64,000 bases of DNA from Octopus vulgaris (lineage: Eukaryota), in the NCBI GenBank assembly GCA_951406725.2, contig OX597814.1, positions 71,238,001-71,302,000 of the forward strand, written 5' to 3'. Positions 32,575 to 45,129 of the stretch are shown in pieces. The position numbers and the translations under genes were made by a program. The notes under the pieces were generated by a model, which was not told the DNA's origin, made no database searches, and was given only the letters and a program-made list of their open reading frames with translations. The stretch's first letter is position 1. Every line of letters starts with the position of its first letter.

Positions 32575-35500
32575 ATGATCGGTCGTGTTATTCTTTGCTC
32601 CGCAGTGAAAGATTGTTTTTGGGCTGAAAAGTTTGAAAATTTGCTGTTTTGGTCGTCGAGGCCACTTCTTTTCTGCTGTTGCAGCAGAGTTTTGCTGTTC
32701 TTTCCCCCTTGTTTCAAGGGGGAAGCGACGAAAAACATGAATTTGCCACCAATCTCCTCCGAGTCGGAGGAAAACGTTGAAAATTTGTTTGAAGGCATGA
32801 AGGCGAAAATGTGGGAGGAGGAAGGTAAAAGTAAAGAGACGTCTCACGCGCTCGTTACAAAAGCAGACGACAATATGTCTGACGAAGCTACTACACAACA
32901 GGAAAAGTCAAAAATAAATTTTGCGAGTGCAGCAACTCGCCCCTGTGAAAACATCGTTATTAACAAAGAAGGATTAAAGAAGTACCAAAGTTTATTAAAA
33001 AAAGGTGATAATGTGAAGTTGTTCCCTCCCAATGAATTAATTTACGCGACGGAGAGAAAAACTGTCATATACAAGACATATAATGTGAAAAATAAGAAAA
33101 TTGACTTCGTGCAGAGAGAAGCCATAGAAAAATGTTTGAGGTCGATATGGCAACAAACTACTTATATAACGAGGGGTAGTCGCTTCGGCACGGTAGAGGT
33201 GCGTTTCCCTAGCGAAGAAAAAGCTAGGGAACATTCAACAAGAACGTTGAAGTCGGAAGATGTAGTTCTCCTACCTTTTTATTTAGGAATGAGAACTTCC
33301 AGAATAACGGTCACAGACATTCCTCCCGAAATAGATGTGGACTTTATCATAGCAGCGATTCTCTTAGGCAAAGAGGAAGAAATTGCCATTCTTCAGTCTA
33401 AGAGATATCGCCCCATGAACTGGTATGGACAAGACTTAGAGCTTGTGATCCAAGCAAAACCCTCGGACTTGGAAAAATTGCCAAGCTCCCTCACCATTGG
33501 AGATAATACCAGCTTGATGGTAATAGTCGAGGGAAGAAAACCTAGGTGTTATAAATGTGGCGAGAAAGGCCACATAAGGTCGAGCTGCAAGAAGACAGCC
33601 AAAGAAAATACTGCAGAGGCAAGCACGACGCCGAAAACAAACACTACACCGCTAGAAATAGCAGCCACGTCACGCACCCCAATTGCCGAAGTTCAGCCGA
33701 CAACGGGAGAAAACAACAACAACAACGACAACAACAACAACAACGATGAAAACAACAACAACAACATCCAGGAGTGGGTCACCATAGAACCTTCAAAAAG
33801 AAGGCGGAAACGGAAAAATCCACCCTCTTCGGATACACAGGACTATGCTCCGAGACAGACAAGCACACCCACACCCACAAATACAGTCGCAAACACTCAC
33901 GTAGCCAAAAAAACACACACTGGAAAAAGCACACACAAACACACACACACCTACCACAAGCACACACACACACCTACAAACACCCACGATTCTACAAGCA
34001 CACACACACCCACAAACACACACACACACCCCTCCACAATCGCCTAACAAAAAAAAAGAAATACCCTCACGGCGATAAATAAAAACAATAACCCATTAAG
34101 AGAAAAAATTATTTTAATGAAATCGGCGAAAAAATATATCGTAACAGATATAAATAGTACTATTTCTGAAAATGTCGAATTTTATACAATAGATAACGCT
34201 GATTATTTTGAAATAAAAAATCTTTTGCGGAGGACGTCGGCCCGTTACAGATGAACTTTTCGAGCCATCTGTACAGGCAATTCGCAAAAAAACTGACCTC
34301 GCAAAACACAACACTCACAGACAGAAAAGAGGAGGGTGAAACTACACCCTCTCTTCCGTTAAAACAGTAAGTTTTAAACTTTCGACTAATTTTTCACATT
34401 CTCGTTTAAACTCGGTTGTATAAATATTCGCGGCCTGGGGTCGTATTGGAAGCAAGGCTACCTCCTTAACGACCTTAACGATCGTTTGGATGTAGTGGTA
34501 ATTACCGAATCCAGACTGAGTGAGCTGCAGGCCTTTACGCTCCTTCTAAACGGCTACGAGAAATACGTTTCTCCCTGTCGACCTGGAGGGGGCGGAGGAG
34601 TGGCAGTGCTAGTCAGGAAAGACCTGGATTTAGAGATTAGAACTGTCTTTATAGATCCGGAAGGCAGGTTGGTCGTTTTGGATGTGACGCGCAGTAGTGG
34701 TAAAGTGTTCAGGCTGGTCGCTGTCTATGCTCCCTGCGAAGGAAAAGCCGGACAGAAAGAGTATTTCAAAAGCCTAGAGAATTTTCTTGGCACGTCGAAC
34801 ACGTTAGTATTGCTAGGTGACTTCAACATAATTTGCGATGCAAGCGTAGATTATGTTGGCTCGAGAAAGAATAGGAGGGGATTACCTCACCCAAGTCGTT
34901 TCGAATTGGCAGATAGATTCAGACTGGACCACCCAGACACTCCAGCGTGGACCTGGGCAAGAAACGACGGGTCGTCCAGATCATACATTGATAGAATCAT
35001 AACTAGAAGGAAAGATAAGAAAATACTTAGCTGTCCACAACACCATATCGTCAGCTACAGCGAGCACAAATTAGTGACCTGTACGCTCGACATAGATAGC
35101 ATGTGTAGACGAGGTACCGGTTACTGGAAGCTAAACAAGTCACTATTGGACTGTGAAGCCTACAGGAATCAGATTAAACAATTAGTAATGAGGGCGTTAA
35201 CCGGATCCATTATCAACAACAAATGGTGGTACGCCCTGAAAAGAGCCATCAAATTTGAGTCAATTAGGTTTAGCAAAGAACTAGCTAGTGCAAGAAACAA
35301 AGTAGAAAAAGAACTAGTTAAGGCAATAGAGGAGGCAATGAGGTCAGGCAGTGCATCGAAAGTGTTAGCGGCGAGGTTAGCACTCGACCAACATCTCAAA
35401 GCTAAACATGAAGGATACATTGTCAGGGCTAAGATCCGTGCAATGAGACCGGAAGGGATCAGCGCAGCCGGATGGGCCCGGGTGGTAGAGGGCGAGCGTG

Positions 35501-37880
35501 GCAACAACTCAACCATTCGATCCTTGACGGGCCCAAATGGTCGATTAGTAAACGAACCCGAGGAAATGTGCAAGGTGCTTCATGATCATTTCACCCAGCT
35601 ATTCGGGAGGAGCGGCGAGCTGGAGCGCGGGGAGAAGCTCGCAGACTTCCTAGCCGGTTCGCCGCGTCTATCGGGGCTGGACGCGGAATCTTGTGAGGCG
35701 CCGATCAGAGCCAAAGAAGTCGAGGAAATGTTGGCAGACTGCGGCGGGGACAAATCGCCGGGACTCGATAGTCTGCCTTACGAACTCTATAGTAGCATGC
35801 CAGACTTGTTTGGGCACCTACTTGCATGCGTGTACACCAACTGGCAGCAGAACGGGAGAATTCCTAAGTCTGTGAGCCGAGGGGTGGTAGCGCTGTTAAG
35901 AAAGGACCCAAACAAGGGGGATTTAATTGATAATTTTGGCCCATCACTCTGCTTAACGCAGAGTTGAAGATTTTGGCCAAGGTCTTAGCAAAGAGGTTGG
36001 CGCGGGTCGTGGGTGAACTTGTTGGCGAAACGCAAACTTGCGCCATCCCTGGAAGGACCATCCACGACAATCTCCACTTTCTACGCTATGCCTTAGAAAG
36101 GGTAAATAGGATTCCTGGCAAGGGTGGGGCTATGGTCCACTTGGACCAATCGAAAGCGTTTGATAGGGTGGACCATCAGTATCTCGCGGCGGCTGGCTTC
36201 GGCCCGACCTTCCGCGGATGGATCATCGCTTTATACAGCAACATCGAATCGGTAGTTCGGGTAAATGGTTTCCTTTCGGAGCCATTCAGCATTGAACGTT
36301 CGGTACGTCAACGGTGTCCTCTCTCCCTGCTTCTCTACGTTTTGGCCCTCGAGCCGTTGCTGAGGAGGTTGGAAACTATGAGGGCCACTCCGCAAGATCT
36401 AGGGTGCGGAAAGTCAGCTTCGGCGTATGCGGACGACATCACCGTCATCGTTTCCCGAGTCGAGCACCTACAGTGGGTGGCTGAGGCCTTAAGGGACTAC
36501 GAAGCGGTGGCAGGAGCGAAAGTCAACCGGGATAAATCGGTCGGCTTGCAACTCGGCACCTGGAGGGGCAAGTCGCAGGACGTTGGACGGAAGGACCGGT
36601 GAAAATGCTTGGAATCTGGTTAGGTCCAGATCTCCAGATAGAGAAGAGCTGGCGCGAGGTGGCGAGAAAGGTGGCTCTCCTAACTCAGACATGGTCTGAG
36701 CGGAAGCTGTCCTTGAAAGGGAGGGCGGAGGTTGCAGATGTGTTTATCGCCTCTGTAATCACTTACCGCCTGACCGTCGTGCCTTGCCCCGATTCGTGGC
36801 TGAACAAACTGGAACGCATGCTCTTTCGCTTTTTGTGGAGGGGCAGCAGACCTCTTGTAATGCGCTCTATTTGCTGCCAAAAGCCGGTGAAGGGTAGGTT
36901 AGGGATGCCGTGGCTAAAAATGCGCAGACATGCGCTCAGGCTTAGGCACCTCTGGATTTACCTGTTATTTCCACAATTCACATCGTTTAACGAACTGAAC
37001 CCATGGATCAGTCGGGCAACGCCGGTGGCGGGGCTACTACCTCGTTCTTCTATAGAGGGTTAGTAGAGTTTAAGTGTGACGACGTCCTAGGAGAAACTCT
37101 GGGCTTCGACGAAAATCAACTGGCCAGCCTGTTCCAAAGAACATTCGGTCCGAGGCCTATGGATAATTACCAAAAGTCCCTGGCCTGGTAATGTTACAGA
37201 GGAGCTTTACCGGTTCGAGATAAGCTCTTTAGACATGGGTGTGCACCTTCGCCGGTTTGTGCAAGATGTGAGAAGGACAGTGAAACTGTCCTGCACGCGA
37301 TTGTGCAATGCCCCAAGGTGACTGAACTCTGGGCTTATGTCGAACACCTACTGTCGCATTCGAGAAGAGTACAACTGTCGAGCGAATCTGTAATTAAGAT
37401 AGTTCCGCCGACCTCCCTGAATAGGGAGGAGCGAGCCTGTTTTCTTTCGGTAGTTGCTATGGCGAAAGAAGTAGTGTGGAAGACGAGAGTAAAAGGAATT
37501 GTAACAGGCATGTTTATCTCCAGTCTCGAGCTAATTGACTTTTTCGTTTTCCACATGAAACGGAAAATAAGGCTGGAGAAGAAATGCCTGTCGCAAAGTG
37601 TGTTTCGTAAAAGATGGAAGTCTATAGCAAGTATGTTGCGAGTGAAAGAACCTGTTTAATCGAGAATGTGAAAAAGGAGAAAGCAAAGTCTTCAGTGTGA
37701 GTATGTGGTTTGTGGGGTCAACTACGTCCTCCGCTTCATTTTTTGTTAATCACTCATTCTCATTTAATTGTATATATTTTAATTGTTTGTTTATTCATAT
37801 GTTTCGTCTCATTCGATACCCTGACCCCAACGTTTGTTTTGTCCCCTCTTTTTCTCAACCTTATGGTGAATAAAGAAATA
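32574..37880 (+). mobile_element. Full-length Tx1-clade (L1 group) retrotransposon inserted in (TC)n
   Basis: ORF1 has a CCHC knuckle. ORF2 at ~34400-37659 has APE (CINIRGL, LGDFN, SYIDRI), RT (LDQSKAFDRVDH, YADD) and a C-terminal CxxC..ETVLH..C, and is frameshifted. (TC)n lies at 32518-32573 and 37881-37947, and AATAAA sits just before the 3' junction. Confidence 0.9.
32575..34047 (+). CDS. Tx1 ORF1, gag-like nucleic-acid-binding protein (true start may be the ATG near 32737)
   Basis: Open 490-aa frame with CYKCGEKGHIRSSC, followed by a poly-Asn and Thr/His-rich tail. Confidence 0.75.
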   Translation: MIGRVILCSAVKDCFWAEKFENLLFWSSRPLLFCCCSRVLLFFPPCFKGEATKNMNLPPISSESEENVENLFEGMKAKMWEEEGKSKETSHALVTKADDNMSDEATTQQEKSKINFASAATRPCENIVINKEGLKKYQSLLKKGDNVKLFPPNELIYATERKTVIYKTYNVKNKKIDFVQREAIEKCLRSIWQQTTYITRGSRFGTVEVRFPSEEKAREHSTRTLKSEDVVLLPFYLGMRTSRITVTDIPPEIDVDFIIAAILLGKEEEIAILQSKRYRPMNWYGQDLELVIQAKPSDLEKLPSSLTIGDNTSLMVIVEGRKPRCYKCGEKGHIRSSCKKTAKENTAEASTTPKTNTTPLEIAATSRTPIAEVQPTTGENNNNNDNNNNNDENNNNNIQEWVTIEPSKRRRKRKNPPSSDTQDYAPRQTSTPTPTNTVANTHVAKKTHTGKSTHKHTHTYHKHTHTPTNTHDSTSTHTPTNTHTHPSTIA

Positions 37881-37932
<52 letters not shown>

Positions 37933-38058
37933 GTCTCTCTCTCTCTCAAGCAGCCAAGGGACATAAACAAATCCAAAAATATTCGGCTTTAGCAACATAA
38001 CTTTGAGGCACAAATACGCGCCTAAAGAATGTTAACTTCCCGGTCCACTCTATATGTA

Positions 38059-38137
<79 letters not shown>

Positions 38138-38140
38138 ATC

Positions 38141-38350
38141 ATAAAGCTGCAAAGACATTAAAAAAACTGTTACTCAGAGTTTCACGTTCCAGTTCGTTGG
38201 ACCAAAACTGTCCGACGGACGGGAAGGTGAAACTCTGAGTAACAGTTTCTGTAATATCTTTGCAGCTTTATAATAAAGCATATTACTCTACCTCCGATAT
38301 TCGAGAACTATTTTTTCCACCTTGTTTCACGGTTATGTCCTTACTCTGGT
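38141..38350. repeat. Foldback of two ~62-bp arms, each with a degenerate hammerhead-like motif (Penelope pseudo-LTR-like)
   Basis: 38141-38202 is inverted relative to 38210-38271. The + arm reads aaactgt CCGACGG acg-ggaa-ggt GAAA ctctgag T A acagttt. Confidence 0.65.
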
Positions 38351-38459
38351 ATACATGTAACATATATATGTTTTCATACATGCTTATACACACAGCGAAT
38401 CCTCGTTAACTTCGTCAGAAGAAAGTTTTGGTTAATTCAACCGAAAATTGAAATGCTCA

Positions 38460-38665
38460 TTTCAATTTTTAGCACTTAGCCAGAAATTTCGGTGGAGGGG
38501 TAAATCGATTGCATTGACTCTAGTGCATAATATGTACTTAATTTATCCACTCCAAAAGAATGGAAGGCAAAAATCAACCTCGGTGAAATTTAAACTCAGG
38601 ACCTAAAGACGGACGAAATACTGCATTTTGTCCGGCGGGCTAATGATTCTACCAGCTCACTGCCT
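38460..38665 (-). mobile_element. Degenerate SINE (family of 7241)
   Basis: Alignable to 7260-7453. Confidence 0.65.
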
Positions 38666-38695
38666 TAATATAATACAAGATAATATAATATATAC

Positions 38696-38730
<35 letters not shown>

Positions 38731-38773
38731 TGTATGTATGTATGTATGTATGTATGTATGTATGTATGTATAC

Positions 38774-41190
38774 ATGGATCTCTGCTTCACAAATAATGTG
38801 GATCTCATCCATAATGTGAAAGTGACACCGACACTACTCTCGGATCACAACATGGTAGAGCTGACCATGTACGGGCCAAAAGAGAGCACGGACATGCAGT
38901 CTACAAGAAACTCTCAGAATCTTTCCAGCTTAAACTTCCATAAGGCAAACTGGAAACAAATTGAGAAAGAGATCCTCAAACAAAACTGGCCTGAATGTCT
39001 CTCCTCGCCAGACATCAACATGAAACTTCAACAATTCATGTCTGTAATGCAAGCCATATGCTACAAATGTGTCCCAGAGAGAAAGGCCACTGTACACAAG
39101 AACAAAATCCCCAGAGAGAGGAAAATTCTAATGAGACGGCGTACAAAAGTTTCAAATCGCCTAAACAAATTGAAAGCAGTGAAAAGTCCCGCCTAAAAAT
39201 AAAACTGTTGGAAATTGAAAAATGTCTGCAACTCTCCCATGAAAAAGAAAGAGCAGACAAAGAAGCCTGGGTTATAGACAACATAAAATTTAACCCCAGA
39301 GCTTTCTACAGGTATGCCAAAGAAACAGCTACGGTGCACTGTAGGATAGGGCCACTCCTTGAAAAGGATGGCACACTCACAGGAAATCCAATGAGGATAA
39401 GTGAAATACTAAATGAGCAATTCAAGAGTATTTTCACTCCACCCTTAGGGCATTTTCAAGTCAGCAATCCAACTGACTTCTTTACCACTGCAGATATAAA
39501 ATCAGAGGCAGCGATGATTGATTACATCAATATAAAGGAAGACGATGTAATAAAGGCTATAGATGAAATGAAAACAAACTCAGCTACTGGCCCCGATGGA
39601 TTCCCAGCAATCCTTCTAAAAGTATGTAAGAGAGTCCTAGCAAGACCACTGCAGTTCCTCTTTCAGAGCTTCCTTGCAACTGGCAAACTTCCAAGAAAAC
39701 TGAAGGAAGGTAAAATATGCTCTATTCATAAAGGAGGTAGTAGAGCGGAGGCCAAGAACTACAGACCTATCTCTCTGACCTCACACATTAGCAAGGTCAT
39801 GGAAAGAATAGTCAGAAGGAAACTAATCACCTTCCTTGAACAAAATGACTTGCTGCCTGACACCCAACATGGTTTCCGACCAGGAAGAAGCTGCCTAACT
39901 CAGCTCCTACAACACTATGACTGGGTGTTGAAATGACTGCTCAACCACTCAAATGTGGAAGTCATATATCTCGACTTTGCAAAGGCCTTTGATAAAGTCG
40001 ATCGTGGAACGATATGTCACAAACTGCGTGATCTTGGCATAGCTGGAAAATTGGGAGAATGGCTTCATGACTTTCTGAAGGATAGAAGCCAGGTGGTAGT
40101 AGCAAATAGTGAGCGGTGTTCCGCAAGACACTGTTTTGTGACCACTACTGTTCATAATGGCCCTCTCAGACATGCCCTCAGCCACGCAGAGAGCCACGAT
40201 CACAAGTTATGCAGATGATACAAAAGTTTCACAGGCAATACAGAACCCTGAAGACACTATGCACCTGCAATGTGAACTGGACAAAATATACAAGTGGGCT
40301 GAAAAGAATAGCATGCAGTTCAATGCTGAAAAGTTTCAAGCTTTATACTATCAGCATGCAAAACTAAATGCAGTACCCAATAAATACACTGGACCTGGAG
40401 AGATTACAATCCCAGAGGCACAATCAGTGCGAGACCTAGGTATTGACATGAGTGATGATGCAACCTTTCATGTGCATGTTGCTAGATTGGCAATGAAATG
40501 TAGGCGGCTGACCGGATGGATTCTTAGAACCTTTAGAACAAGAGACCAGGAAACCATGATGGTCCTCTGGAGGACACTTGTCCTAAGCCACTTTGACTAT
40601 TGCTCTCATCTATGGTCACCATCCAGTGTCAAGTTAATCACAGAACTTGAGGCGATCCAACGAAGCTACACGAAGAAGATAGCCTCTGTGCAGCATATAA
40701 GCTACTGGGAAAGACTCAAGAGATTAAGACTCTATTCCTTAGAGCGTAGGCGAAGATCCTAGAAGGACTTGTCCCAAACTTTGGCATCGAGAGTTACACA
40801 AATGCTAGAACTGGGCGCCACTGCATAGTGCCAAGGACTCCAAATTTGCCATCAAGATGTAGTACAAGATACTGTGATAGCCTGGGCTTCAGAGGCCCAC
40901 AGCTCTTCAATATCCTCCCGAAGAACCTGAGAGACCTGCATGGGGTGGATGCAGATGTCTTTAATATAAAACTGGATCTCTTCCTGTCAGGTGTCCCAGA
41001 TGAACCAACTTCACGGCAGGAGCTGCAGATGAGGGCAGCTACATCGAACTCTCTCATGCACCAAATAGCAATTGCTAAAAAGCATTCGTGAAGTAAAATC
41101 ATGTAGCAACACCAAATGGCGGTGCCCCAGCATGGCCACAGCTCGTGCGCTGAAACTAGATAAAATAAAATAAAATAAATAAAATAAAAA
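38774..41190 (+). mobile_element. 5'-truncated CR1-group LINE within (TATG)n
   Basis: It has the APE end (DLCFTN..SDHNMV) and RT motifs NYRPISLTS, QHGFRPGRSC, YLDFAKAFDKV and YADD, then LYSLERRR. It ends in a (TAAAA)n tail at 41161-41190, with (TATG)n on both sides. Confidence 0.88.
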
Positions 41191-41894
41191 TATATGTATG
41201 CATGCATGAATGCATGCACGCATGCACGAACGTATGTATGTATCTGTGCATATGTATGTATCATGTATGGATGGATGTATGTATGTATGTATGTATGTAT
41301 GTATGTATGTATGTATAACCTGTTTGCTGTACATGATAAGCAGAAGTAAAATTACAAAACTTTCAATGAACGTCACATAAGATTGGTTGAATAGGTGGGG
41401 TTACAGGTGGAGTTAATTTGTCGTTTTGATTTAGTAGGGCTGTGAAACTCCACTGGTTGAGGTGGTTGAAAGGACGCTGAGTCAACAATGATATCGTCAA
41501 TATCATCATTATCATCAGCAAGCTTAACAACTGCTGCAAGGGTTGGAGGATTAAACTCGAAGAATGAATAGAGTTCTAGCTGTTTCTAGTAAATGAGTTC
41601 CTTTAAGGATCTAAGACATTGATAATTTTGCTGAACCTCAGTTTTCCATGGAAAAGCAAGAGTACAAAGTTATCTTATTCTTATTCTCGCTTAATAAAAA
41701 CTGAACGGAGCTTTTATATATATATATTTCTGAATTTGTGTAAATGTGTATAGAATAATATATCAGTTGAACAAAGTTAAAACATGGTCTGGTTTTCACG
41801 TTTTTTATTATGGTATTTTATAGCAATATAAATTTTTTTACAATGTTGAAGTGTGTTAAACATTAAAAAATATTTTGTAATGTTCATAAAGTTC

Positions 41895-41932
41895 AATTAG
41901 CGCTTTCATACGTTCGTAGTAATCATCAGATT
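41895..41932 (-). ncRNA. Candidate minimal hammerhead in the 3' UTR of the Penelope element
   Basis: aat CTGATGA t tac-tacgaac-gta t GAAA gcgc T A att, with palindromic stem III (AGCGCT) and a short stem I. Confidence 0.55.
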
Positions 41933-44590
41933 TCAAAATGTATTTAACTGACAGTTGAGTTCTTGACAACTGTAGTCAAATGGCTGACTTCTTTCTTTTT
42001 GTACCTCTTAGAAAGCCGAATTTTTGGAATACGGTTTTGACCAATCTGCATGTGGCTTAAACGTCACGGTTTGCTAGACGTACCGATATTACTGGCATTG
42101 ATCCCGCCTTTATTTTAACCCATTAGCTTGTGATTTATACGTAATGGTTTTATGAGTGAGCAAGCTTAGTTGGTTTCGATCGTTTTTATTTCAATTGGTA
42201 GGAATCTTCTGTAATTTGTTTATATTCTTATGTTAAAGATATTTTTTAATCCACATCATTAATTGGTTGTTATATTATAGTTCCGTTCAGAACAGGTTTC
42301 AACATTTTAATAAACCGTTTTTCTTTTATCTTTCTTCCAAACTCACTTGTGTCATGTAGTTTGTGGAAAGGAAAAATTAGAAAGATTTTCAGACCACATG
42401 TTTCTATATGTTCGCTCAATGGAATTTGGCGAACATTAATGGCCGGGATTCGTTGCTTAAGGACTCGTGAGCGCTCCGACAGTACATTCCCAGTTTCGCT
42501 GATATATAATTCCTTGCAATTCAGGTATTTAATGCAGTAGATCAAATTTCTGCTTTTGCAGTCCATATCTGTATTTGCGAAAATCTGTCCATTTTTTATC
42601 TTAATGAATCTACCAGTATGCATGTATTGACACGTTCCACATCTGTTATCATTACACTTGGGTACTATGAATGCTTTATCCTGTTTGTTCATATTGAACT
42701 TTGCCTTTATTAATAGTTTCTTTAGGTTATGTGGCTGCCTTTTACTTAGTTGTGTGATTAGTTATTGTAATTTTTTATTTTTCACTTTGTTTCATGATTG
42801 TTTTGATGATGTTAAAAATGTCTTGATGATGCGGATTGTGTGTTACTAGAAATAGTATTGTGTTCTGTTGATGAGTTCGTCTTTCTCGTGTAGCCCTAAG
42901 TTGTTCCATAGGTATCTCTTTTGCTCGTTGTGTGTTATTTTCTACAAGTAGGAAAGGGTGAGCAGAAATCTTTTGAGTTCTATAAGTGGTAGGTTCCTAG
43001 TATCATCTACTATAGTACAAATTTTCCTGGCTTGACAGTACGGGATGTTGCGTTTTGTGTGTGTTGGGTGGCATGATTTGAAATTTAGGTACTGGTGTGT
43101 ATCTGCGTTTTTGTGATAAATATCAGTTGTGATTGTGGTGTTGTTTTTAATTACCATTATGTCAATAAATGGTAATTGAGAGTTGCTCATTTGTCCTGTG
43201 AATTTGAGACTAGGCTGTAGATTGCTGAGGAGGATACTGAATTCTTCCAGATTTTCTAGGGATTTGGTCCAAATTGGGAAACAATCCTCAAGGTATCTTT
43301 TCCATGTGTCCTCTGTATGTCTTCTAAAGGCCATGCAGTAGTTCTCTTCAATTTTTTGATATAGGTTTTGTTCCCAATACTGAGTTCGCGAAAACTGGTG
43401 CAAATCGCGTCCCCATAGCTGTGCCTCGAATTTGGAGGTAGTTTTTTTCCGTTGAAAAGGAATGTGTTGTTTTCGAGGATGAGTCTAACCGCGTTTAGTA
43501 TGAAGATTACAGTAAATCTGCTAAGGATCTCTTCTTTATATTTCTCGACCCAATATTTTATGGCAGTAATTCCCAAATCATGTGGAATATTCGTATATAA
43601 GTTTGTTACATCAAATCTAACAGTGAATTGGATTCTGTAGTTTTGGGCAGATGAAACTGGGTATGTGACTACATAGTGGTTTTAGGATAATGTCAATGAG
43701 GTTGCCCAGGCGATGTGTAGAACAGGCTGAACCAGCTACGATGTACCTTAGTTTAAAGTCTTTTGGTTGTATTAGTTTTATGTATTCACTACCTTGTTCC
43801 TTTATAGCGTTTTGTATTTCTTTTGACTCATGTATTTCAGGTAAGCCATAGAAGTTGCTGGATTTCGACTCAAAATTTATAATATAGTCCATTTCATTAG
43901 AAGTGAGAGAGTAATAACGTTTTGAAACTAAGTAATTGGGTTTCTTCATGATACGCTGATCAATATTCGAGGGCATTACATAGTAGAACGTTGTATCCTT
44001 CAAATGATCTTCAGCTAGGTCCCGGTTATATTCCGTATCTATTATAACAATGGCACCTCCTTTATCTGTTTGTTTGATGACAATTGTGTTGTCATTTTTA
44101 AGACGTATAAGGGCAGACTTTTCTAGTTTTGAAATGTTTGGTCTGACGTTGATGTTATGCCTCAGTGGAAATCTGGAGAGAATATCAATGATGTGTGTTT
44201 CGTCCTTTTGACGGGTTAAATTTTGATTTATTTCTCGCCAAAGTTTCATCATTCTCATTATTTTTATCAGTAGAAGACTCCGTAAGTCGTAGTTTCCGAC
44301 AAAAGTTTTGGATATCTTCCTCCAATTCTTGATGACTGACAGTAGGTGTAGGTGTGAATTTTTGTCCTTTCATCAATAATCGAAGTTCGTCACTGTCTAT
44401 ATTTCTTTTTGACGGATTAATAATTTTAGGGTCTATCTTATCAGTTGTTTCACAGTTGTTTCTTCTTGGGCCTTTTATGTGTTTGCTATCCTGACCCTAA
44501 AAAATAGATTCTTTTTCGCCTAATATTTCTTCTATTATTAACATCTTTTCTCTGGTGAGCTTTGAATTTTGGTTGTGGTGTTTGGTTAGA

Positions 44591-44819
44591 AATCTCTTCT
44601 GATTAACTCTGAATAACCTGTTCTTCTGGTATCCCTTCATTCTTTGGTCGTATCTTACCATCTTTGCTTTCTTTGCAATGAGGCGCTGTTTCAGTTCCTT
44701 CTTTACCACTTTCAGGCCCTTTCTTTCAATATCATACTTCCTATTCAGTGCCCGGTATTTTTGTTCGCTTTTAAGCTCTCCTTTCTCTTTTCCGTCTAAC
44801 ACAGAAATGTCCTTCGAGA
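44591..44819 (-). mobile_element. 229-bp internal R4/Dong fragment, near-identical to 51916-52144
   Basis: Encodes ELKQRLIAKKAKMVRYDQRMKGYQKNRLF. I saw only about one difference from the other copy. Confidence 0.85.
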
Positions 44820-45091
44820 ACACCGTTTCTCTTGTTCCTAGGTATATTACTTATATTTTCAGCATGTGAAAATAATTTTGGGGGTTTATTTAACGGTCTA
44901 GTATGGTTTTTTTTGCCACAAATGTCATGATTTATTTTCTTCTTTTGTAATACCTTTAATCCACATCTCTTTCATTTTCTCAGCTGTTTCCCGCAGCTAT
45001 TTTCGATATTGCCTCGATAATTTCATTGTCCACCGTTTCGTATTTTGTCTTGAATCGAAACTCTTTACTTAGATTGATAAAAATGTCTGTC

Positions 45092-45127
<36 letters not shown>

Positions 45128-45129
<2 letters not shown>

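Larger units (their letters stand above)
41780..45100 (-). mobile_element. Decayed Penelope-like element (Penelope/Poseidon type), RT + GIY-YIG
   Basis: Reads IVIKQTDKGGAIV, FYGLPEIHES, LPFIDI..TDIYHK..HQYLNFKSCHP and CxxxRCxTC..NLIYCI..CKELYISET, with many frameshifts. The 5' part is interrupted at 44591-44819. Confidence 0.88.
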
